Source: Candidatus Enterousia sp. | GTDB taxonomy: Bacteria; Pseudomonadota; Alphaproteobacteria; Rs-D84 | Length of the DNA stretch: 35,024 nucleotides | Assembly (NCBI GenBank): GCA_045576255.1 | Contig: JAZNGD010000014.1 | Span: 1-35,024 of the forward strand | Reading direction: 5' to 3' | The notes under the pieces: model-generated | Databases searched by the model: none | What the model saw: only the letters and a program-made list of their open reading frames with translations | Told to the model about the DNA's origin: nothing | In this document: one piece after another, positions 1 to 10,059 of the stretch | How the letters are laid out: each line of letters opens with the position of its first letter | Position numbering within the stretch: the first letter of the stretch is position 1 | Translations under genes and position numbers: made by a program

Positions 1-1637
<1,637 letters not shown>

Positions 1638-1638
1638 G

Positions 1639-1668
1639 AAAAATGGGGCGTTGCCCCATTTTATTTTT
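1639..1668. terminator. Bidirectional intrinsic terminator
   Basis: AAAATGGGGC-GTT-GCCCCATTTT between convergent genes. Confidence 0.8.
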
Positions 1669-3064
1669 TCTTTTCTTCTTTTGACATTTCGTCTTTTTTA
1701 TCTTTTGGTAAATCAACAGGTTGTTTTTTTGCCTGCAACTTTTCCATTGCGATTACCATATCCATCGCGCGTTGCAATTGATAATCCAGCGCATCTTTTT
1801 CTTCATCTGTTAAATCTTGTTTTTCATCTTCGTCATCTGCAGATTTTTTATCTGCTTTTTTCTTGGCCTGTTCGTTTTTCAATGAATTTTTAAACGAAGC
1901 TTCGGAATACATACTTTCTTTTTTTTCCAGAACTTCGACCTTGCTGTGCAACACTTCAACATCAGGGGTAATACCTTCATTTTGAATAGAACGACCAGAC
2001 GGTGTATAATACCGCGCAATTGTAATATGAATTGCGGTTCCATCACCCAGTGGTTTTTGTTGTTGCACACTGCCCTTGCCGAACGATTGCGATCCCATAA
2101 CCAAACCACGTCCATTATCTTGTAATGCGCCAGCAACAATTTCTGATGCCGATGCAGAACCATGATTTATCAATACCACAACTGGCTTGCCGTTTGCCAT
2201 ATCGCCAGGCTTGGCATAAACACGTTCAATATCTGTTTCTTGTTTGCCACGTGTAGAAACGATTTCGCCACCATCCAAAAACGCATCAGATACATCAATT
2301 GCCGCGGTCAAATATCCACCAGGGTTATTACGCACGTCCAAAACATATCCACGCACCTTTTTCTTTTCCAGTTTTTCCATCGCTTCTTTTAAATCACGTG
2401 CGGTCGTTGCGCCAAAATCGGAAATTCTGACATATCCAATCTTTGGTGTATCTTTATCATCAGGGTCTGCGTTTGCCATTGTTTTTTCTTCAAACTTTAC
2501 AGATTTTACCTTGATAATATCGCGTTTCAAGGTCAACGTTTTTGTTTCACCATCTTCGGACACGATTGTTAATTTAACTTTGGTTCCTGGGCGGCCCTTC
2601 ATTTTTTTAACAGCTTGATTCAATGTCAAATCAAACACTTGTTCGCCATCAATATGGGTAATATAGTCCCCTGCTTTGATTCCAGCTTTTTCTGCCGGTG
2701 TATCATCAATTGGCGAAATGACACGCACTGCGCCCCTGTCACTGGTGATTTGAATACCCAAGCCACCAAATTCCCCATGGGATTTATCGCTAAATTCTTT
2801 AAAATCGTCCTTGGACAAATAAGAAGAATGTGGATCCAATGCCCCTAACATTCCGTTCATTGCCGCTTCTAACATCTTTTTTTCATCTGCTTCTTCGACA
2901 AAATTTTCACGTGCGACTTCAAAAACCAACGCCAGTTTTTTTAACTCTTCATATATCTGTTCATCAGTCAAATGGACAATAAGTTCTTCTTTTTTCTTTT
3001 TATCAGCAGCATTTGCAACCATTGGTGCAAACAATGCGATTAATACCAATAATTTTTTTAACAT
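1661..3064 (-). CDS. ctpA: Carboxyl-terminal processing protease (S41, PDZ)
   Basis: Signal peptide, LDPHSSY, GEFGGLGI (PDZ), DVRNNPGG, SASASEIVAGALQD, FGKGSVQ. Confidence 0.95.
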   Translation of the reverse strand: MLKKLLVLIALFAPMVANAADKKKKEELIVHLTDEQIYEELKKLALVFEVARENFVEEADEKKMLEAAMNGMLGALDPHSSYLSKDDFKEFSDKSHGEFGGLGIQITSDRGAVRVISPIDDTPAEKAGIKAGDYITHIDGEQVFDLTLNQAVKKMKGRPGTKVKLTIVSEDGETKTLTLKRDIIKVKSVKFEEKTMANADPDDKDTPKIGYVRISDFGATTARDLKEAMEKLEKKKVRGYVLDVRNNPGGYLTAAIDVSDAFLDGGEIVSTRGKQETDIERVYAKPGDMANGKPVVVLINHGSASASEIVAGALQDNGRGLVMGSQSFGKGSVQQQKPLGDGTAIHITIARYYTPSGRSIQNEGITPDVEVLHSKVEVLEKKESMYSEASFKNSLKNEQAKKKADKKSADDEDEKQDLTDEEKDALDYQLQRAMDMVIAMEKLQAKKQPVDLPKDKKDEMSKEEKKK

Positions 3065-3162
3065 ATTCCTGACCCTTTCATTTTTTTTACAAAGACAACA
3101 TAAAACAAATCACAAAAACGTTCAACACGAATTTGCACAATTTTATAAAAAGCATTGTATTT

Positions 3163-3879
3163 TTATTCCAACACTTTATTTTGCAAATCAATTAATTGAC
3201 GGCAACCTGTACCCGCCAATTCCATTAATTCTGACAATTGCACCGCGTCGAACGGATGTTGTTCACCCGTTGCTTGGATTTCTACAAACTTACCGGAACC
3301 TGACACAACGAAATTAGCATCCATTTCTGCGACACAATCTTCTTCGTAATCCAAATCCAAGATTAATTCATTTTTCCAAATCCCAGCCGATATTGCTGAC
3401 ACACTGTCCAATATCGGGTTTGTTTTTATACGACCTTGGTTCATCAGCCAACGCACAGCCAAAGTCAACGCGACAAAAGCGCCTGTTATACTGGCGCATC
3501 TGGTTCCGCCATCTGCTTGGATAACATCACAATCGATTGTTATCGTATGTTTGCCCAAAGCTTCCATATCGACCACACTGCGCAAAGACCGCCCAATCAA
3601 GCGCGATATTTCTGCGCTTCGGTTATCTTTCATAATAGCTTCGCGTCCTTTACGGGTACCGTTTGCCCTTGGCAACATTGCATATTCTGCTGTCACCCAA
3701 CCACCCGTTTTATTTTGCAACCGTTTCCACACAGGCTGATTTAAATCAACAGACGCAGTGCACAACACGTGTGTTCCGCCGACTTTTATCAAGCACGAAC
3801 CTTCTGCCCATTTGTTCACCCCAGTTTCCAAAGAAACTTTTCTGATTTGATTATTTTTTCGTAAAGATGGACGCAACAT
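3163..3879 (-). CDS. rph: Ribonuclease PH
   Basis: GWVTAEYAMLPRA, EISRLIGRSLR, DCDVIQADGGTRCASITG, LDLDYEED. Start MLRPS at 3879 follows an AAGGA RBS. Confidence 0.96.
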   Translation of the reverse strand: MLRPSLRKNNQIRKVSLETGVNKWAEGSCLIKVGGTHVLCTASVDLNQPVWKRLQNKTGGWVTAEYAMLPRANGTRKGREAIMKDNRSAEISRLIGRSLRSVVDMEALGKHTITIDCDVIQADGGTRCASITGAFVALTLAVRWLMNQGRIKTNPILDSVSAISAGIWKNELILDLDYEEDCVAEMDANFVVSGSGKFVEIQATGEQHPFDAVQLSELMELAGTGCRQLIDLQNKVLE

Positions 3880-3997
3880 ATCAAAATCCTTTTGTTTTTT
3901 TTCCATTATATAAAGCGGTAAATCTTTTGCAATTTTTTTTAAATTTGATTTTTGATATAATCATTGTTATCCTAATATGGCTTTGAAAAGGAATTAA

Positions 3998-5020
3998 ATG
4001 TCAATAAAAGCAAAACGCCTGATAAAAAAAATAATAAGTTATTCAGGCATATTCTTTTTTATTCTTGCTGCTGGGATGTTATGGTGGCAACTGCGAAATT
4101 ACAGTGTATCAGATATTGCGCATGCAATACTTGATATACCATTTGTAAATCTGTCTATGGCGTGTGTGGCCTGTTTTGCAGGGTATATCGCATTGGCTTT
4201 ATACGATAAATTGGCTTTAAAATATGTTGGTGGTCATGTTGCCTGGTGGAAATGGATGTTGGCAGGTATGCTTGGCTTTGCAATCAGTAATAACGCAGGT
4301 CATGCGGTGGTCAGTGGCGGTGCGATTCGGTACAGACTTTATACCCGTTGGCGCATTCGTGGCGGCGACATTTTAAAAATGCTTACAATATCTGGTTTTA
4401 CTTATTTTCTTGGGGCGTCTGCGATTGTTGTTATTGGGTACTTTTTAATTCCCCGAACGATGTTTGACGGCTCATTGGGCGCCAGCATGGGATTAAACAC
4501 ACTGTTTATATTCTGCACAACAGTATTGATTACATACTTTGTAATAACAATGCTGTTTTATAAAAAGAACGTAAAAATCGGCGACATCAAATTTGAAATT
4601 CCATCAACAAAAATGGCATTTCAACAGACAATTCTTGGCATAACAGACAGTGTGTTGGCCGGATTGGTATTGTATTTTTGTCTGATACCATTTGTCGATA
4701 TACCATTTGGGACATTTATCGGTCTGTTTGTAATTGCGCAAACAACTGGCGTTTTCAGCCAAGTTCCTGGTGGGATTGGCGTTTTCGAAAGCGTGTTTTT
4801 ATTGGCGTTGCCAGACAGCATTGACAAAGCAAATATATTTGGCGCGCTGCTGGCATATCGCATAATATACTATGTATTGCCCCTAATTGGGATTGGCAGT
4901 TTGTTCTTTGTATACGAACGTTGGCTGCGTTCACGTATGAAACGCTGGCTGGCAGAAGCCAAAGAAATAATTCCTGCTAAAATCAAAAACATAAAATCAG
5001 AAATAAAAAACAGAAAATAA
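3998..5020 (+). CDS. MprF/lysylphosphatidylglycerol-synthase TM (flippase-like, YbhN-type) membrane protein without a synthase domain
   Basis: Multi-pass protein with GGAIRYRLYTRW, SQVPGGIGVFE and LLAYRIIYYVLP motifs. Confidence 0.85.
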   Translation: MSIKAKRLIKKIISYSGIFFFILAAGMLWWQLRNYSVSDIAHAILDIPFVNLSMACVACFAGYIALALYDKLALKYVGGHVAWWKWMLAGMLGFAISNNAGHAVVSGGAIRYRLYTRWRIRGGDILKMLTISGFTYFLGASAIVVIGYFLIPRTMFDGSLGASMGLNTLFIFCTTVLITYFVITMLFYKKNVKIGDIKFEIPSTKMAFQQTILGITDSVLAGLVLYFCLIPFVDIPFGTFIGLFVIAQTTGVFSQVPGGIGVFESVFLLALPDSIDKANIFGALLAYRIIYYVLPLIGIGSLFFVYERWLRSRMKRWLAEAKEIIPAKIKNIKSEIKNRK

Positions 5021-5025
5021 ATACC

Positions 5026-5226
5026 TTGCGCGCACAAAACGCACATGTTAAAATACAGCTTGTGTATGACATAGGATCATAAAGCAAGTGTTTATATTGT
5101 CACTAATTTCAGCAGTTCGCTTGGCGCCGTTAAGTATCGTGGCACCATCCCTTGGCATGGGCTTGGACGCCCCATGGGGACGGATTGTTGCCGGTGCATA
5201 CACCCCAAAAACAAAAGGATTATTAA
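5026..5226 (+). promoter_or_regulatory. rne promoter and long structured 5' UTR
   Basis: TTGCGC-17-TAAAAT with TG at 5026-5054; about 165-nt leader with nested stems GCACC/GGTGC, ATCC/GGAT, CATGGG/CCCATG. Confidence 0.55.
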
Positions 5227-7020
5227 ATGTCAAAAAAAATATACGTGGATGCAGTCCACCCGGAAGAAACGCGTGTCGTTGTTGTAGACACTGCAACCAA
5301 TCGTGTTTCTGATTTTGATGTTGAAACAACCACAAAACCTCAGATAAAGGGAAATATTTATCTGGCCAAGGTTATACGTGTTGAACCATCACTACAAGCT
5401 GCGTTTGTTGATTACGGAACTGGGAAAAACGGATTTTTACCATTTTCTGAAATTCACCCAGATTATTATCAAGTGACCGCAGAACAAAAGAAAAAATTAC
5501 TGGAATTAGCACATGCTAATATCGTTGACGACGACGACGACCCAAATGACGAAGAAGACGAAGTCGCCGAATACGACGACCACAGTGCCGGTGAAGACAA
5601 TAATGAATTTATCAAACGCGCACGCGAATTCAAAATTCAAGACGTTATAAAACCAAAACAAATCTTGTTGGTCCAAGGCGTCAAAGAAGAACGCGGTCAA
5701 AAAGGCGCATCAATGACAACATATTTGTCTTTGGCTGGCCGTTTTGCTGTACTGATGCCGAATTCGCGCAAACGCAACAGCTATGGAATTTCAAAAAAGA
5801 TTTCTGACAAATCAGAACGTGCCAGATTACGTGAAATTTTACACGATCTTAAAATCCCCAAGGGTATGACTGTTGTATTACGCACTGCGGCAATGGGCGC
5901 ATCCGCATCTGATATTGCAGCTGATTATGACTATCTGGTAAATCTGTGGAATGAAATTCGCAAAACGACCCTTGCATCTGTTGCGCCTGTCACAATTCAT
6001 ACCGAAGATTCACTGTTACGTCGCGTCGTTCGTGATTTCTTAAGCGACAAAGAAGATGTTTTAACAATCCAAGGCGAAGAAGCATTTGATGCTGCGAAAC
6101 AATACTTTGTACAAATGTATGGTCGCGCACCACGCAAACAATTGGTTCAATACAAAGACGTCGCCGTTCCATTGATGGTCAAAGCGGGTGTCGAAAAACA
6201 ACTGGAAGGCCTGCATGGTCCATACGTCCAATTACCATCTGGCGGTTCATTGGTTATTAATCAAACCGAAGCAATGGTGACGATTGACGTTAACTCTTCA
6301 CGCGCGATAAAAGAAAAAGATATTGAATTAACCGCACTGAATACCAACTTGGAAGCCGCCGAAGAAATTGCCCTGCAATTACGTTTACGTGATTTGGCTG
6401 GGATTGTTGCGATTGACTTTATCGATATGGAAGAAGAAAAGAACAACCGTAAACTGGAACTGAAAATGCGCGAAGTTATGAAACGCGACCGCGCACGTAC
6501 CCAAGTTGCAAAGATTAATAACTTTGGTGTGTTGATGTTATCGCGCCAACGTCTGCGCAGCAGCTTTATGGAATCGTCATATGTTGCGTGTCCACACTGT
6601 ATGGGTGCTGGCGTTGTTCCATCAATACAAACCGCTGCGATTATTCTGTTCCGTCATTTACAAGAAAAACTGTTGGCAAAATCTGCCCAGAAAATCATTA
6701 TGACGGTTCCAACAGATGTTGCTGTATACTTGCTGAACCACAAACGCGCAGAATTGGCGGAAATGGAATCCAAGTTCGAAACAGAAATTGTCATTGTCGG
6801 TGACGACAGCCTGTTGAACATTGACCAATATTCGATTCAACGTGTCGCCCCAGAACAAAATAAAACTGACGAATTGTTAAGTGCGCACGCACCATCAACA
6901 GACGTGAAAAAGAAAAATTCACAACATATTGATGCGAAACGTACTACGGTTTCTGCGGCACGTCGTAAACACAAAAAACAACCAAAGAAGAAAAGTATTT
7001 GGAGAAAGCTGATAAGCTAA
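5227..7020 (+). CDS. rne: Ribonuclease E/G family endoribonuclease
   Basis: GNIYLAKVIRVEPSLQAAFVDYG, S1 domain with acidic insert, IDVNS, DLAGIVAIDFIDM, Zn-link CPHCMG. Confidence 0.93.
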   Translation: MSKKIYVDAVHPEETRVVVVDTATNRVSDFDVETTTKPQIKGNIYLAKVIRVEPSLQAAFVDYGTGKNGFLPFSEIHPDYYQVTAEQKKKLLELAHANIVDDDDDPNDEEDEVAEYDDHSAGEDNNEFIKRAREFKIQDVIKPKQILLVQGVKEERGQKGASMTTYLSLAGRFAVLMPNSRKRNSYGISKKISDKSERARLREILHDLKIPKGMTVVLRTAAMGASASDIAADYDYLVNLWNEIRKTTLASVAPVTIHTEDSLLRRVVRDFLSDKEDVLTIQGEEAFDAAKQYFVQMYGRAPRKQLVQYKDVAVPLMVKAGVEKQLEGLHGPYVQLPSGGSLVINQTEAMVTIDVNSSRAIKEKDIELTALNTNLEAAEEIALQLRLRDLAGIVAIDFIDMEEEKNNRKLELKMREVMKRDRARTQVAKINNFGVLMLSRQRLRSSFMESSYVACPHCMGAGVVPSIQTAAIILFRHLQEKLLAKSAQKIIMTVPTDVAVYLLNHKRAELAEMESKFETEIVIVGDDSLLNIDQYSIQRVAPEQNKTDELLSAHAPSTDVKKKNSQHIDAKRTTVSAARRKHKKQPKKKSIWRKLIS

Positions 7021-7091
7021 AAAAAATCGCCCAATGGGCGATTTTTTTTAATACAACACACACAATATAAAAACCGCCCAATGGGCGGTTT
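7019..7091. terminator. Two adjacent terminators (rne and rpsD)
   Basis: AAAAAAATCGCCC-AAT-GGGCGATTTTTTT and AAACCGCCC-AAT-GGGCGGTTT share the core CGCCCAATGGGCG. Confidence 0.85.
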
Positions 7092-7108
7092 GATATAAAC
7101 GTTCACTA

Positions 7109-7741
7109 TTAACGAGAATAGAATTCGACGACCAATTCTGGGAACATTTGAACCGGATATGGTACATCTTCGAACGCAGGAACGCGAACAAATGTTGCTG
7201 TAAAGTTTGCACTGTCAACAGAAACATAGTCTGCAAAATTACGTTCTGCAGATTCCAATGCCAATACAACCAAAGGCATTTGTTTTGCTTTTTCACTGAC
7301 AGTAATAACATCACCAGGTTTTACCTGATAAGAAGCAACTTTGACACGTTTGCCATTAACATTGATATGGCCATGACTGATTAACTGACGAGCCGAGAAT
7401 ACAGTTGGTGCCAATTTTGCACGATATACAACCGCATCCAAACGACGTTCCAACAAGCCAATCAAGTTTTCAGGTGTATCGCCCTTCATATTTGCGGCTT
7501 CGATATAATATTTATGGAACTTCTTTTCGCCAACATTACCATAATAACCTTTTAATGTCTGCTTGGCGCGCATCTGTTTTGCATAATCAGAAGAATTACC
7601 ACCACGAGATGTTGGCCCATGCTGACCAGGTTTATATTTACGTTTGTTAAATGGGGATTTAGCCTGCCCCCACAAATTGACGCCCAAAGAACGTGCAATT
7701 TTCAGTTTACGTGTGCTACGTTTTGCACCAGCTCTTGCCAT
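7109..7741 (-). CDS. rpsD: 30S ribosomal protein S4
   Basis: [37 protein letters not shown]. Start MARAG at 7741 follows AAGGA. Confidence 0.97.
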   Translation of the reverse strand: MARAGAKRSTRKLKIARSLGVNLWGQAKSPFNKRKYKPGQHGPTSRGGNSSDYAKQMRAKQTLKGYYGNVGEKKFHKYYIEAANMKGDTPENLIGLLERRLDAVVYRAKLAPTVFSARQLISHGHINVNGKRVKVASYQVKPGDVITVSEKAKQMPLVVLALESAERNFADYVSVDSANFTATFVRVPAFEDVPYPVQMFPELVVEFYSR

Positions 7742-7936
7742 TTTTTTATCCTTTTTTTGGTTTTTTCGGTGCCAGACATTAACAGAATCCTTATCATATA
7801 TGGGACCAAAACGCACCATAACTTAATCAGTTCTGATTGTCCAGCAGGCTTTACTTTATAGTATTCTAAACAAAAAATCAAGTATAATCTGGGCAATTAT
7901 ATACTTAATACAAATAAACAACCAAAAGGATTTTTT

Positions 7937-8053
7937 ATGATTTATGCGTATTGTCGGGTATCAACAGCCCACCAGTCGCAAGAAAATGGTGTTTTTGAAT
8001 GGGTTTGGCAGTATAATCAACCTGTTGGCACTGAATTTATCTATTATTTATGA
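7937..8053 (+). pseudogene. Truncated serine recombinase (resolvase/invertase) N-terminus
   Basis: AAAAGGA RBS, then MIYAYCRVSTAHQSQEN (the Y-x-R-V-S-T-x-x-Q catalytic motif). Similarity ends near 7987 and the frame stops after 38 codons. Confidence 0.75.
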
Positions 8054-8864
8054 GATCTTCTGCTGTCCATTCGTTTACATCGCCTTCAAAGTAATCATTC
8101 AAAACAACAGGTCCCACGACGCAATTGCCGCTAAATCTTTTTTGAAAATAATAAGATTCGCAGTAATCGGCATTTTTTGAACCGTGTTGATATTTTGTAT
8201 CCATACAACAAGCTACTCTATCTGTACCACTTTCAAAATAACAATTTTTAAATTCAAAACCATCAATAGGAGATTCTATTAATTTTTCTACAAAGTAAAA
8301 ACCGTCCGCCTCACACCGTTTAGTGGATTTATCGGGTTTAAACGTGGTAAAAGACCACTCTCTTACTTCTGGTTCATAAGGTTTGACGTCTTTTATGTCT
8401 GTTTCGTCAACTTTGAACATTTCTTTAAATTCAATCTTGTCTTCATCTGTTAAGTCATTATCTGAATCGACGGTGTCATCAACGTCTTTGTTATGCGCCT
8501 GCACAACTTCAATCAAAAACTTATAACATACCTCCGTTTTATTTACAGCCACACTTTTTGTTTCGTTTATATAGATTCCAGGATTTACGTCTAACACAGT
8601 GTTTAAGCACGCATAACTCAATTCACTAAGAGTCACAAAAGGAGAAAGCTCAACCCCACCAGACATTACATTATCAGTAGGGTCATAATCCATCGTTTCA
8701 CCTAACTTATTTATAAATTTTGGAATGTCTATATATTTTGATGCATCTGTTTTTAAGGCAGTTTTTACTGCGCGTAATTTTACCATCGGGTCATCGTCCG
8801 CAAATGCATTAGTCATCACAGATACCCCAATACCGAATAAAACGGGTATAATAAACTTTCTCAT
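8037..8864 (-). CDS. Hypothetical secreted acidic, Cys-containing protein
   Basis: Signal peptide MRKFIIPVLFGIGVSVMTNAFA; ATGA overlap with the upstream gene; no recognised domain. Confidence 0.75.
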   Translation of the reverse strand: MRKFIIPVLFGIGVSVMTNAFADDDPMVKLRAVKTALKTDASKYIDIPKFINKLGETMDYDPTDNVMSGGVELSPFVTLSELSYACLNTVLDVNPGIYINETKSVAVNKTEVCYKFLIEVVQAHNKDVDDTVDSDNDLTDEDKIEFKEMFKVDETDIKDVKPYEPEVREWSFTTFKPDKSTKRCEADGFYFVEKLIESPIDGFEFKNCYFESGTDRVACCMDTKYQHGSKNADYCESYYFQKRFSGNCVVGPVVLNDYFEGDVNEWTAEDLINNR

Positions 8865-9826
8865 TTTAGTACCCCCGTACACTTTTCAGCAACTGCCGAC
8901 ACCTTTTTTATAGCCGATATTTGCGTTGCATTAAATACGGTGGCTACACCACTCGCAACAGTTGAAGTTCCTGCTAATACATTTGCTGCGGTATTTATAG
9001 TTTTTTCTTTTTGCCAATCTTCATCTGTTTTTGTACCAGATTTTACTTCATTGTCTTTACGAACATTTTCACTATTCGCAACCGCTGATGTAATTGTGCC
9101 CGCCATTCCTGTTGTTGCACCAATAATACTTGATACCATGGCATTTTTTGCACGTTTGTTTATAGGCGAAATGTCTACATATTCAAATTCGCGACAAACA
9201 TTTACTATTTTTGTTGCTTCTGATACATCTTCACCGTTAAGTCTTGCTTGCATGATAGAATCTTGCAAGTTCTTAACTGCCAATTTACAATTATCAATTT
9301 GTGCTTGTAAATCATCATCAACTTTATTATTTCCAGCAATAATTGCACCTGCTATATTTGTTGCGGTATTTCCTACCATTAAACCTGTTCGCCAATCACC
9401 AAGTTTCTTGGATTTTTTAGTCAATTGGTCAATTTTTGAATCATTATTTTCGATATCAGATTGAGCCTTAGTTATAGCACCAGGAATAGCATCAAGGGAA
9501 ATTTCTTCATATTCTAAATTATGCTGTTCTTCTTTTGCTATCAATTCGTTTAAAGCTGGTTCCCATTCTTCTATTTCTGTATCTGTACTTGCTTTCATAA
9601 CACCTGCAACAGTAGCCCCCATACCCAAACCAGTCCCAACACCAGTCACAACAGTGTTTATTCCAGCCATTTTTTTCAAATCTGTCAAACTACTATCGAT
9701 TCCAATACATGCTGAATATGTTGCCCGTAAAGCTTCATCCAACGACAAAACTTCTGCTCTTGAACCAATCGGCAGAATCAAACAACAATAAAATACAAAA
9801 AATTTATATTTCCCACCTATCATCAT
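8861..9826 (-). CDS. Hypothetical exported protein with Gly/Ala/Thr-rich helices and coiled coils
   Basis: 321-aa ORF with a signal-like N-terminus and four G/A/T-rich hydrophobic segments; TTGGTT-17-TATCAT promoter-like site upstream. Confidence 0.75.
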   Translation of the reverse strand: MMIGGKYKFFVFYCCLILPIGSRAEVLSLDEALRATYSACIGIDSSLTDLKKMAGINTVVTGVGTGLGMGATVAGVMKASTDTEIEEWEPALNELIAKEEQHNLEYEEISLDAIPGAITKAQSDIENNDSKIDQLTKKSKKLGDWRTGLMVGNTATNIAGAIIAGNNKVDDDLQAQIDNCKLAVKNLQDSIMQARLNGEDVSEATKIVNVCREFEYVDISPINKRAKNAMVSSIIGATTGMAGTITSAVANSENVRKDNEVKSGTKTDEDWQKEKTINTAANVLAGTSTVASGVATVFNATQISAIKKVSAVAEKCTGVLK

Positions 9827-9889
9827 TTAGGACTAATGATACCATAAACCAAACTAAAAACCAACTGTTTTATGACGTTTTTTGGTTTT

Positions 9890-9917
9890 AAAAACACCGC
9901 GAAAGTCGCGATGTTAT
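9890..9917 (-). terminator. Probable valS terminator
   Basis: Minus strand AACATCGCGA-CTT-TCGCGGTGTT followed by a T run. Confidence 0.65.
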
Positions 9918-10059
9918 TTTTTGAGAATCTGAAAAGATTATTTTGTATTCACTTTCAGTATGCTGAAATATACCACGCTTCGTATGAATTGCAATATTTT
10001 TCGCGTCTTGGATGTATTTGCCGGTATGAATTGAAATTACGCATTAAAACTGGAATTTT

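Noticed and set aside
7988-9898. GGTGTTTTT at the recombinase break and its inverse at 9890-9898 as ends of an invertible segment
   Set aside because: Only 9 bp of perfect, low-complexity match, and the right copy is explained by the valS terminator.
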